Origin: Caldimonas sp.
GTDB lineage: Bacteria > Pseudomonadota > Gammaproteobacteria > Burkholderiales > Burkholderiaceae_C
Length of the DNA stretch: 39,928 nt
NCBI GenBank assembly: GCA_039923815.1
Contig: JBDTCA010000360.1
Location: 1-39,928 of the forward strand
Direction of reading: 5' to 3'
The translations under genes were made by a program, and so were the position numbers. The number at the start of each line of letters is the position of its first letter. Positions within the stretch are counted from its first letter, which is position 1. Positions 26,781-34,644 of this stretch are shown here, piece after piece. The notes beneath the pieces were generated by a model. That model had not been told where the DNA came from and searched no databases. It worked only from the letters and a program-made list of their open reading frames with translations.

Positions 26781-28310
26781 CTACATGACGGCGCCGAGCG
26801 CCCAGGGCACGAACTCGTTCTGGCCGTAGCCGTGAACCTCGCTCTTGGTCTTGCGCCCCGACGCGGTCTCGAGCATGAGCCGGAAGATGCGCTCGCCCAT
26901 CGCGTCGATCGAGCTTGTGCCGTCGATCACCTCGCCGCAGTTGATGTCGACGTCGTCTTCCTGCTTGACCCAGAGCGCGGTGTTGGTCGACAGCTTCAGC
27001 GACGGTGACGGCGCACAGCCATAGGCCGAGCCGCGGCCGGTCGTGAAGCAGATGAGGTTGGCGCCGCCGGCGACCTGGCCGGTGGCGGAGACCGGGTCGT
27101 AGCCCGGCGTGTCCATGAAGACCAGGCCTTTGGCCGTCACCGGCTGCGCATACTCGAACACGTCGACGAGGTTGGTGGTGCCGCTCTTGGCGATCGCGCC
27201 CAGGCTCTTCTCGAGAATGGTGGTGAGGCCACCGGCCTTGTTGCCGGCCGACGGGTTGTTGTCCATCTCCTGGTCGTTCTTCTCGGTGTAGTGCTCCCAC
27301 CAGCGGATGCGCGCGATCAGCTTGTCGGCGATCGCCGTCGACACGGCGCGCCGCGTCAGCAGGTGCTCACCGCCGTAGATCTCGGGCGTTTCCGACAGGA
27401 TGGCGGTGCCGCCGTGGCGCACCAGGCGATCGACCGCGGCACCGAGGGCCGGGTTGGCGCTGATGCCCGAGTAGCCGTCGGAGCCGCCGCACTGGAGGCC
27501 GACCGTGATGTGGCTCGCCGGCACCGGCCTGCGCACGGCCCGGTTCGCTTCTTCCAGCAGCCATTCGACGAGCTCGATGCCGTGCGCCACCGTCTTCTTC
27601 GTGCCGCCCGTCTCCTGGATGTTGAAGGCGTGCAGCTGGGCTCCGGTGGCCAGACCCTCTTGCTCCAGCATGCCGTTGATCTGGTTGGTCTCGCAACCGA
27701 GGCCGACGACCAGCACCGAGGCGAAATTGGGGTGGCGCGCATAGCCGCCGAGGGTGCGCCGCAGCACCTGCAGCGGCTCGCCGTCGCTGGCCGTGGCGCA
27801 GCCGCCGCCGTGGGTCAGCGCAACGACGCCGTCGACGTTCGGGAAGCGTTCGAGGGCGCGCGGATTGGTGTCGCGGCGGAAGTGGTCGGCGATGGCGCGG
27901 GCCACCGTGGCCGAGCAGTTCACCGAGGTCAGGATGCCGATGTAGTTGCGCGTCGCGACGCGGCCGCCGGCGCGCACGATGCCGTCGAAGGTGGCGGGCT
28001 CGGCTTCGTAGGCCGTCGGCCGGGCACCGCTCGCCGCTGCGTAGTCGCGCGCGAAGTCGGCGAACTCGAGGTTGTGCGTGTGGACATGCTGACCGGCCGC
28101 GATGGCGACCTTCGCGGTGCCGATGATCTGGTCGTAGCGGCGCACCGGCGCACCGGCGGCGATCGCCTTTGCCGCGACCTTGTGGCCGGGTGGCACCAGG
28201 CCAGAAACCGTGATGCCTTCGCTCTCGATCCGGGTGCCGCCCACGAGCTGGTGGCGGGCGATGACGACGTCGTCGTGGGGATGGATGCGGATGACGAGCG
28301 CGTCGGTCAC
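26781..28310 (-). CDS. UxaA/GarD family sugar-acid dehydratase
   Basis: N-terminal SAF domain (GHKVA, GQHVHTHN), TRNYIGILTSVNCS, HGGGC, GLGCETNQ, LQCGGSDGYSG, LSETPE, EKSLG, DTPGYD, FTTGRGS. Confidence 0.92.
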   Translation of the reverse strand: MTDALVIRIHPHDDVVIARHQLVGGTRIESEGITVSGLVPPGHKVAAKAIAAGAPVRRYDQIIGTAKVAIAAGQHVHTHNLEFADFARDYAAASGARPTAYEAEPATFDGIVRAGGRVATRNYIGILTSVNCSATVARAIADHFRRDTNPRALERFPNVDGVVALTHGGGCATASDGEPLQVLRRTLGGYARHPNFASVLVVGLGCETNQINGMLEQEGLATGAQLHAFNIQETGGTKKTVAHGIELVEWLLEEANRAVRRPVPASHITVGLQCGGSDGYSGISANPALGAAVDRLVRHGGTAILSETPEIYGGEHLLTRRAVSTAIADKLIARIRWWEHYTEKNDQEMDNNPSAGNKAGGLTTILEKSLGAIAKSGTTNLVDVFEYAQPVTAKGLVFMDTPGYDPVSATGQVAGGANLICFTTGRGSAYGCAPSPSLKLSTNTALWVKQEDDVDINCGEVIDGTSSIDAMGERIFRLMLETASGRKTKSEVHGYGQNEFVPWALGAVM

Positions 28311-28365
28311 GGTGCGGTCCTTGGCAGGTCGGGGCCCGAAGTGTAGAGACCGTGCACGGGCAGGC

Positions 28366-30543
28366 TCAGGCGGCCGCGCTCTGCCTCGCCGCGCTCAGGA
28401 TCGCGGCGGCCTCGGCCACCATCTGCGCAAGCCGGCGTTGCAGCCAGGGCACGACGTCGTGGATGGGCGGATGGGCGGGCAGCACGTCGAGTTCGTCGGC
28501 CGGTGGTGCGTCGTCGGCGACGGCATCGCCGCCCGTTCGTTCAGCGGCCGTGATGGGCCCGAGATTCGAACCGATCGCCGCCACCGTCTCGGCGAGGGCC
28601 GACTCGATGCGGGTCAGCTCGGAGGCGCCTTCGAGCCGTGCCAGCGAGTGGCGCACCAGCGACAGATGGGCCATGAAGCGCTCGCCGTGGTCGAGCAACG
28701 CGGCAATCTGCGCGACCGGCAGGCGCACGCCCTTCGGTTCGACCCGGCTTCGCTGCAGCGCCGCGCCGAGCGCCGACAGCGATTCGTAGGCGGTGCGCCG
28801 GGCCATGCGTTCCTCGATGGCGTCGCCCGAGCCGGCGCGCAGCGAGTGGGCGGCGTAGGCGTTCAGTTCGCGCAGCACGCGGGCGATGGCCTGCGGCACG
28901 TTGCGGCGCTCCCACGATGGCAACACGTAGCTGAACGACCAGGCCAGAGCGGCGCCGAGAAAGGTGTCGGCGATGCGCTCGGCGATGGCGAAGCCGCCGG
29001 CCGGGTTGACGAGGTGCGACTGCAGCAGCGCCATCACGCTCGCCGCCGTCGCCGTCAGCCAGTAGCGCTGGATGACGAAGGCGTGGGCGGTGCCGAGCGC
29101 GACGAGGAAGACACCGCCCTGGAACGCCGCTGAAGGCACGCGCGCGAACGCGACCACGAGCAGGCAGCCGAGCACGGTGCCGACGACGCGGCCGTTGCGC
29201 CGCGCCAGGGTGTCGCCGAGGCTGCCACGCAGCACGACGGCGACGCTGAGCACGAGCCAGTACGGGTGCGAACCCCACGGCAGCAGCACACCGAGGTAGT
29301 ACGCGGTCGTCAGTGCCAGCGACATCCGGATGGCGTGGCGCAGCACCAGCGAATCGCGTCGCCAGTGCGGTCGCAGGGCCCGGATCGGCCAGCCTTCCGG
29401 CGCCACGAAGCGCTGCAGTTGCGCATGCGTGAGCGGCAGCGGTTCGAGCTCGCCACGAAGCAGGCGATGCATGCGCCGGAGGTCGTCGCCGAGGCGATCG
29501 AGACGGCCCTGCAACGCCGGCAGCAGGCGGGCGCGGGCATCGCTGGCCGGGATCGGCGGCGCCGGCACGCTGGCGACACCGCGCACGTCGTAGACCACCG
29601 CCGGAATCGATGCCAGGTCGGGCGGGTGCGGCCACCAGCCGGCCTCGCGGTGGCCGTGGCGGATCGCGGCGGCGATGGCGTCGAGCTGCTCGCCGACGCC
29701 GCGCAGGGCCTTGGCGGCGCGACCGAGCACGATCCGCCCGGCGACGTCGCTGCCGAGCAGGTCGACGTCCAGGCGGCTCGCGAGCAGGCCGTCGCGCAGG
29801 TCGATGAGGCGCAGCAGGAGGCCGACATCGCGGCACCAGCGCGGGTTCTCGCGCGCCGGGAAGAGCAGGTCGCGGGCGGCCTGCAGGCGGTCGGCGAGGG
29901 CCGCCTCGCGCGTCAGCCAGGCGCTGCGCGGCGGCGGCTCGCCACGCTGCGCCGCGGCCGCGGCGAGCACGTCGGAGCGGGCGAGGAAGAGCTGCGCGGC
30001 AGCGCGCAGGGCCTCGGCCAGTGCCAGCGTCCGGTAGCGTCGCTGCAAGGCGGCGTTGGCGAACAGCGCCCAGCCGACATACAGAAAGCCGCCGAGCGCA
30101 CTCCAGCCGGCGACGGCCAGCGCATGGTGGGCCGGCGGCACCGCCATCGAGAAGATCATCGCCAGGATGGGCGCGAACGAGACGGCGCCGGCGCGGGCAC
30201 CCCAGGCCAGCGTCATCATGGCGACGAAGCCGACGGCGCCGATGGCCCCGCCGAGCGCCAGCGGATGCAGCCGCAGCAGGTCGACGACGAGCGAGGCCAG
30301 TGCCGCCAGCAACGCTGCGGTGCCGACGCGGTGCGCGGTGCGCGAAGGCACGTTGGGCAGGTCGGCGATGCTGGCGCAGACCGCGCCGCTCACGACCAGC
30401 GCCGAGACGTGCGGCCCGGCGAGGGCCAGCATGCCAAGCTGGATGCCGCCGATGCCGACCGCGGCTTCGATGCCGTTGACCGCATAGGCCGGCAACAGCC
30501 GCCACGGCCGCGCCGCGGTGGCCAGGCGCGACGGGATGTTCAG
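28366..30543 (-). CDS. FUSC family membrane protein
   Basis: N-terminal TM bundle (GAVCASIADLP), helical middle, RHAIRMSLAL...HPYWLVLSVAVVLR...RVVGTVLG...ERIADTFLG...VLPSWE. Start uncertain (CTG 30543 or TTG 30495). Confidence 0.85.
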   Translation of the reverse strand: MNIPSRLATAARPWRLLPAYAVNGIEAAVGIGGIQLGMLALAGPHVSALVVSGAVCASIADLPNVPSRTAHRVGTAALLAALASLVVDLLRLHPLALGGAIGAVGFVAMMTLAWGARAGAVSFAPILAMIFSMAVPPAHHALAVAGWSALGGFLYVGWALFANAALQRRYRTLALAEALRAAAQLFLARSDVLAAAAAQRGEPPPRSAWLTREAALADRLQAARDLLFPARENPRWCRDVGLLLRLIDLRDGLLASRLDVDLLGSDVAGRIVLGRAAKALRGVGEQLDAIAAAIRHGHREAGWWPHPPDLASIPAVVYDVRGVASVPAPPIPASDARARLLPALQGRLDRLGDDLRRMHRLLRGELEPLPLTHAQLQRFVAPEGWPIRALRPHWRRDSLVLRHAIRMSLALTTAYYLGVLLPWGSHPYWLVLSVAVVLRGSLGDTLARRNGRVVGTVLGCLLVVAFARVPSAAFQGGVFLVALGTAHAFVIQRYWLTATAASVMALLQSHLVNPAGGFAIAERIADTFLGAALAWSFSYVLPSWERRNVPQAIARVLRELNAYAAHSLRAGSGDAIEERMARRTAYESLSALGAALQRSRVEPKGVRLPVAQIAALLDHGERFMAHLSLVRHSLARLEGASELTRIESALAETVAAIGSNLGPITAAERTGGDAVADDAPPADELDVLPAHPPIHDVVPWLQRRLAQMVAEAAAILSAARQSAAA

Positions 30544-31406
30544 CCGTCGATGAGCTTCGGGTCCCACGCATGCACCTTCTGGTGCTGCTCGCCGAGACCG
30601 GCGATGCCGAGCTTCATCTCGTCGCCGGCCTTCAGGTAGACCGGCGTCGGCTTCATGCCCATCGCCACGCCGGGTGGCGTGCCGGTGGTGATGAGGTCGC
30701 CCGGATACAACGTCATGAAGCGGCTCACGTAGGCGACGAGCTCGGCGACGCCGAAGATCATCGTCGCGGTGCTGCCGTTCTGGCGCCGCTGGCCGTTCAC
30801 GTCGAGCCACATGGCGAGGGCCTGCGGGTCGGCGACCTCGTCCGCGGTGACCATCCACGGACCGACCGGGCCGAAGGTGTCGCAGCCCTTGCCCTTGTCC
30901 CAGGTGCCACCACGCTCCATCTGGTATTCGCGCTCGGACACGTCGTTGACGACGCAATAGCCCGCGACGTGCTTGAGCGCATCGGCCTGCTCGACATAAC
31001 GCGCGGCACTCCCGATCACGATGCCGAGCTCGACCTCCCAGTCGCTCTTCGTCGAGCCCTTGGGCAGCACGACGGCGTCGTTGCAGCCGACCAGGCAGCT
31101 GCTCGGCTTCATGAAGATGATCGGCTCCTTGGGGATCGGCGCGCCGGTTTCAGCGGCGTGGTCGGAGTAGTTCAGGCCGATGCAGATGAACTTGCCCATG
31201 CCGCTCCAAGGCGGTGCGATCCGGCCGGGGTTCGCCACCGCCGGCAGCTTCGACGGGTCGAGCTCGGCGAGGCGCTTCAGGTTGGCCGGCAGCATCGTCG
31301 CCGCCGTGATGTCGGGGACGATGCCGGAGAGGTCACGCACGGTGCCTCCCGCGTCGACGAGCGCCGGCTTCTCTGCGCCCTTGGCGCCGTATCGCATCAG
31401 TTTCAT
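30540..31406 (-). CDS. Fumarylacetoacetate hydrolase family protein
   Basis: MKLMRYGAKGAEKP, CIGLNYSDH, EPIIFMK, DWEVELG, VNDVSER, KGKGCDTFGPVGP, GDLITTGTPPGV. RBS AGGAAG. Confidence 0.93.
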   Translation of the reverse strand: MKLMRYGAKGAEKPALVDAGGTVRDLSGIVPDITAATMLPANLKRLAELDPSKLPAVANPGRIAPPWSGMGKFICIGLNYSDHAAETGAPIPKEPIIFMKPSSCLVGCNDAVVLPKGSTKSDWEVELGIVIGSAARYVEQADALKHVAGYCVVNDVSEREYQMERGGTWDKGKGCDTFGPVGPWMVTADEVADPQALAMWLDVNGQRRQNGSTATMIFGVAELVAYVSRFMTLYPGDLITTGTPPGVAMGMKPTPVYLKAGDEMKLGIAGLGEQHQKVHAWDPKLIDG

Positions 31407-31447
31407 GGGTCTTCCTGAGAGGGGGACCGACGAGTTTAGGTCGGGCT

Positions 31448-31501
31448 CCACGCAACGTCGACATCGCCCCCACGAAATCGTCACGGCGGCGCCAGCATGC
31501 T
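31448..31501 (+). promoter_or_regulatory. Second putative ColR-type promoter: four half-sites at 11-bp period plus -10 CATGCT
   Basis: CCACG at 31448, CGACA at 31459, CCACG at 31470, TCACG at 31481, then 10 nt, CATGCT at 31496-31501, 6 nt, ATG at 31508. Confidence 0.6.
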
Positions 31502-31507
31502 CGGCCG

Positions 31508-32875
31508 ATGGCGATCCAGAAATCGGGCGCGAGGGCGTGGGTGTCGAAGCGCGCGTTGCGGCTGCCGCCGCTGCATCGCGGCCATCTCGCGGCCGTGTTG
31601 CTCCTGGTGCTCTATGCCTGGTTCTGGAGCGTGTCGGTGCATCGCATCCACGACGCTCCGTTCGCTGCCTTCGCGCGGGTGTTCGTGACCGGGTGTGGCG
31701 ACTTCGAACACTTCTACGACGCGGCCCGGGCGCTGCGGACCGGCAGCGACCTGTACGGGTCGGGCGTCCACGGCTACATCTATCCGCCGCTCGTCGCCTT
31801 CCTGCTCATGCCGCTGTCTCGCCTGCCGGTCCAGATTGCGGCCCTGACGATGCTGTGCCTGAACCTGGCGATGGGCCTGGCGTGTGCCTGGCTCGCAGCG
31901 AGCGAGGTCATGCGTCGCTTCCGGCTCGGCCAGGCGCCGGTGGATGTGCTCGTCGTCGCTGCCGTCGCGTCGCTGCTGGTCGCGACCCGCCTGCGCAGCG
32001 AGTTCCAGATGTGGCAGACCGATGTGCCGATGATGCTGCTGATGGTCCTCGCCCTGCGCTGGCTGGACGACCGGCCGCGGCTCGCCGGCATCGCCCTTGG
32101 CCTGGCGGTGTTCATCAAGTTCCTGCCCGTCGTGTACCTGCCGTGGCTGCTCCTGCGTCGACGTTTTCAGACTGCGTCGTGGATGGTGGCCGGGATGGCG
32201 GCTGCTGCCGCGCTGCCCGCGCTCGCCTCGGGATGGATCGTCAACCTGCACGACCTCGAGACCTCGTTGTCCGGCGTCCTCCGGCTGATGGGCTTCGCCA
32301 CCCTCGGGCCTCGCGTCGCCAGGGTCGACGCGATGACTGCCGACTACAGCGTTTCCGTCACCAGCGGTCTGGCGCGGATGCTCGGACCCTCGGCGTCGCC
32401 GACCGAGGCGCTGGCGATCTCGGCCGCCGTCGCTGTGCTGGTGGTCGCCCTTATCGTGCGCGTCTATCGCGTCGCCGGCGCCCCCGTTCTGGCCTGGCCG
32501 GCTGCCGAGTCGCAACGCGAGCGCCCTTACGACGGCCTGGTCGCGATCGAGTGGATGGCGCTGATCGCGTTCGCGCTCGCCTTCGGCCCGCAGACCAATC
32601 CGCGTCACACCAGCCTGCTGCTCATGGTCGCGACCGTGCTGTCGGCGCTGCTCTGCTCGGCGAAGCCGGGCGTGCCCCGGACTGCGACGATCGCGGCCAC
32701 CGCCATGCTCGTGTTCGGGCTGGTCTTTCCGCCGAACCTGCCCGAGCTGGCGACCACGCTTGCAGCCTGGCGCGGCATCGGCGGCACCGGCTGGTGCCTG
32801 GCCTTGATGCTGCCGCTGGTCTTCCGGGCCGGTCTTCGACATGTTCTCCCACCCGACACCGATGACCGACACTGA
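31508..32875 (+). CDS. GT87/DUF2029 family GT-C glycosyltransferase
   Basis: GDFEHFYDAARAL...DLY...YIYPPLVAFL, WQTD, FIKFLP, many TM helices. Confidence 0.82.
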   Translation: MAIQKSGARAWVSKRALRLPPLHRGHLAAVLLLVLYAWFWSVSVHRIHDAPFAAFARVFVTGCGDFEHFYDAARALRTGSDLYGSGVHGYIYPPLVAFLLMPLSRLPVQIAALTMLCLNLAMGLACAWLAASEVMRRFRLGQAPVDVLVVAAVASLLVATRLRSEFQMWQTDVPMMLLMVLALRWLDDRPRLAGIALGLAVFIKFLPVVYLPWLLLRRRFQTASWMVAGMAAAAALPALASGWIVNLHDLETSLSGVLRLMGFATLGPRVARVDAMTADYSVSVTSGLARMLGPSASPTEALAISAAVAVLVVALIVRVYRVAGAPVLAWPAAESQRERPYDGLVAIEWMALIAFALAFGPQTNPRHTSLLLMVATVLSALLCSAKPGVPRTATIAATAMLVFGLVFPPNLPELATTLAAWRGIGGTGWCLALMLPLVFRAGLRHVLPPDTDDRH

Positions 32876-33632
32876 CCGTCAAGCCCTCTCCAAAGTGCCC
32901 GAGGTCACTCTCGCCTTCTGGTTCATCAAGATCCTGGCGACCACGCTGGGCGAGACCTGGGGCGACGCGGTCACCATGTCGATGAACCTCGGCTACCTGG
33001 TCGGCACGGCCATCTTCGCCACGATCTTCGTCGTTGCCGTGAGCGCGCAGGTGGCCGCGCGGCGGTTCCATCCCTACCTGTTCTGGGCCGTCATCGTCGC
33101 GACGACGACGGCCGGCACGACCTTCGCCGACTTCGTCGACCGCTCGCTCGGCATCGGCTACCTCGGTGGCTCGGCGATCCTGCTGGCGCTGCTCCTGGCC
33201 ACGCTCGCGCTCTGGCATCGAAGCCTCGGCTCGGTCGCGCTCGACTCCATCCGGTCGCGCCGGGCCGAGGTCTTCTACTGGGCGACGATCATGTTCTCGC
33301 AGACGCTCGGCACGGCACTCGGCGACTGGGTGGCCGATGGCGCGGGTCTCGGCTACACGGGCGGTGCCCTGGTGTTCGCCGTCGGGCTGGCGATCGTCGC
33401 CGCCGTCTGGCGGCTCGGCCGCGGGTCGCAAGCCGCGCTGTTCTGGGCCGCCTTCATCCTGACCAGGCCGCTCGGCGCGACCATCGGCGACTTCCTCGAC
33501 AAGCCGCATGACCACGGTGGCCTTGCACTGAGTCGCTACGTGGCGTCGGCCGTCCTCGCCGCCTTGATCGTTGCCTGCATCGCGTTCTTTCCGCAGCGCG
33601 CGGAACGACACGCCTCTTCGGCAGCCGCCTAG
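32862..33632 (+). CDS. COG4705 (DUF347-repeat) membrane protein
   Basis: LSKVPEVTLAFWFIKILATTLGET, TTTAGTTFADF, SQTLGTALGD, FILTRPLGATIGDFLDKP repeats. Overlaps GT87 by 14 nt. Confidence 0.88.
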   Translation: MTDTDRQALSKVPEVTLAFWFIKILATTLGETWGDAVTMSMNLGYLVGTAIFATIFVVAVSAQVAARRFHPYLFWAVIVATTTAGTTFADFVDRSLGIGYLGGSAILLALLLATLALWHRSLGSVALDSIRSRRAEVFYWATIMFSQTLGTALGDWVADGAGLGYTGGALVFAVGLAIVAAVWRLGRGSQAALFWAAFILTRPLGATIGDFLDKPHDHGGLALSRYVASAVLAALIVACIAFFPQRAERHASSAAA

Positions 33633-34393
33633 TTCGCCCAGCCGCCGTCGATGAGTTGCGACGTGCCGGTGGTGAACGCCGACTCGTCGCTGGCCAGGTA
33701 GACGGCGAGCGCCGCGATCTCGGCGGTGGTGCCGAGCCGGCCCATCGGCTGGCGCGCCACGAAGGCGGCCTCGACCTGCGCCAGGGTCTGGCCGCTCGCT
33801 TCGGCTTGCGCGGCGATGCGCTGGCGCAGCGACGGCGACTCGATGGTGCCGGGGCAGATGGCGTTGCAGCGGATGCCCTGGGTGATGAAGTCGGCGGCGA
33901 TCGACTTCGTCATCCCGATCACGGCCGCCTTGGTGGCGGTGTAGACGAACCGGTTGGGCACGCCCTTGATGCTCGACGCCGCCGACGCGACGTTGATGAT
34001 CGAGCCGCCGCCGGCCTTGAGCATCGGCGGCAGCAGCGCCCGGATGACGCGGTACATGGCACGCACGTTAAGGTCGAACGAGAGGTCGTAGGCGAGCTCG
34101 TCGCACTCGAGGATGCTGCCGGCGTGGACATAGCCGGCGCCGTTGAAGAGGACGTTGACGGGGCTCTTGCTGCCGGCCTCGAGCGTGGCCGCGAGGATGG
34201 CGCTGGCGTCGGTGACGTCGAGCCGGCGGGTCTCGCAGCCAGTGGTGCGGGCGAGATCGGCGAGCAGGGTCTCGTTGATGTCGGTGGCGATCACGCGCGC
34301 GCCCTCGCGAACGAAGGCTTCGGCGGCGGCGCGGCCGATGCCCTGGCCAGCAGCGGTGACGAAGGCGGTCTTGCCGGCGAGGCGGTCGGTCAT
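33629..34393 (-). CDS. SDR oxidoreductase, 2-keto-3-deoxy-L-fuconate dehydrogenase/BDH2-like
   Basis: TAAGQGIG, LFNGAGYVHAGSI, SSIKGVPNRFVYTATKAAV (YxxxK), CPGTIESPSL, RQPMGRLG. RBS AAGGA. Confidence 0.9.
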   Translation of the reverse strand: MTDRLAGKTAFVTAAGQGIGRAAAEAFVREGARVIATDINETLLADLARTTGCETRRLDVTDASAILAATLEAGSKSPVNVLFNGAGYVHAGSILECDELAYDLSFDLNVRAMYRVIRALLPPMLKAGGGSIINVASAASSIKGVPNRFVYTATKAAVIGMTKSIAADFITQGIRCNAICPGTIESPSLRQRIAAQAEASGQTLAQVEAAFVARQPMGRLGTTAEIAALAVYLASDESAFTTGTSQLIDGGWAN

Positions 34394-34452
34394 GGTCGGG
34401 TTTCCTTGTGCGGGTCGCGTCGGGGCGGAAGAGAACATCGCCTCGCCCGCAA

Positions 34453-34488
34453 CGGTAAAGAATAATTTCCGCTCGGAGGCGGCGTCAA
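34453..34488 (-). promoter_or_regulatory. Sigma70-like promoter of the SDR gene with overlapping operator-like palindrome
   Basis: On - strand TTGACG (34483-34488), 18 nt, TATTCT (34459-34464). Palindrome CGGTAA-N7-TTTCCG at 34453-34471. Confidence 0.55.
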
Positions 34489-34644
34489 CACGGAGTTTGC
34501 CTCGCACGAGGGCGGTTCTCCGAGGCTGGCAGGCGCCGCGCCAGGCGCGCCGTGCCTTTTTGGAGGCGGGCCGCCCCGCATGCCGGCCATCACGATGCGC
34601 TGCAGCTCTTGGTAGTCTGCGTCGCCGACACGACCGCCCCCTGC

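Noticed and set aside
31400-33640. GT87-COG4705 cassette as a mobile element
   Set aside because: No transposase, integrase, terminal repeats or target duplication is visible, and the composition resembles the flanks
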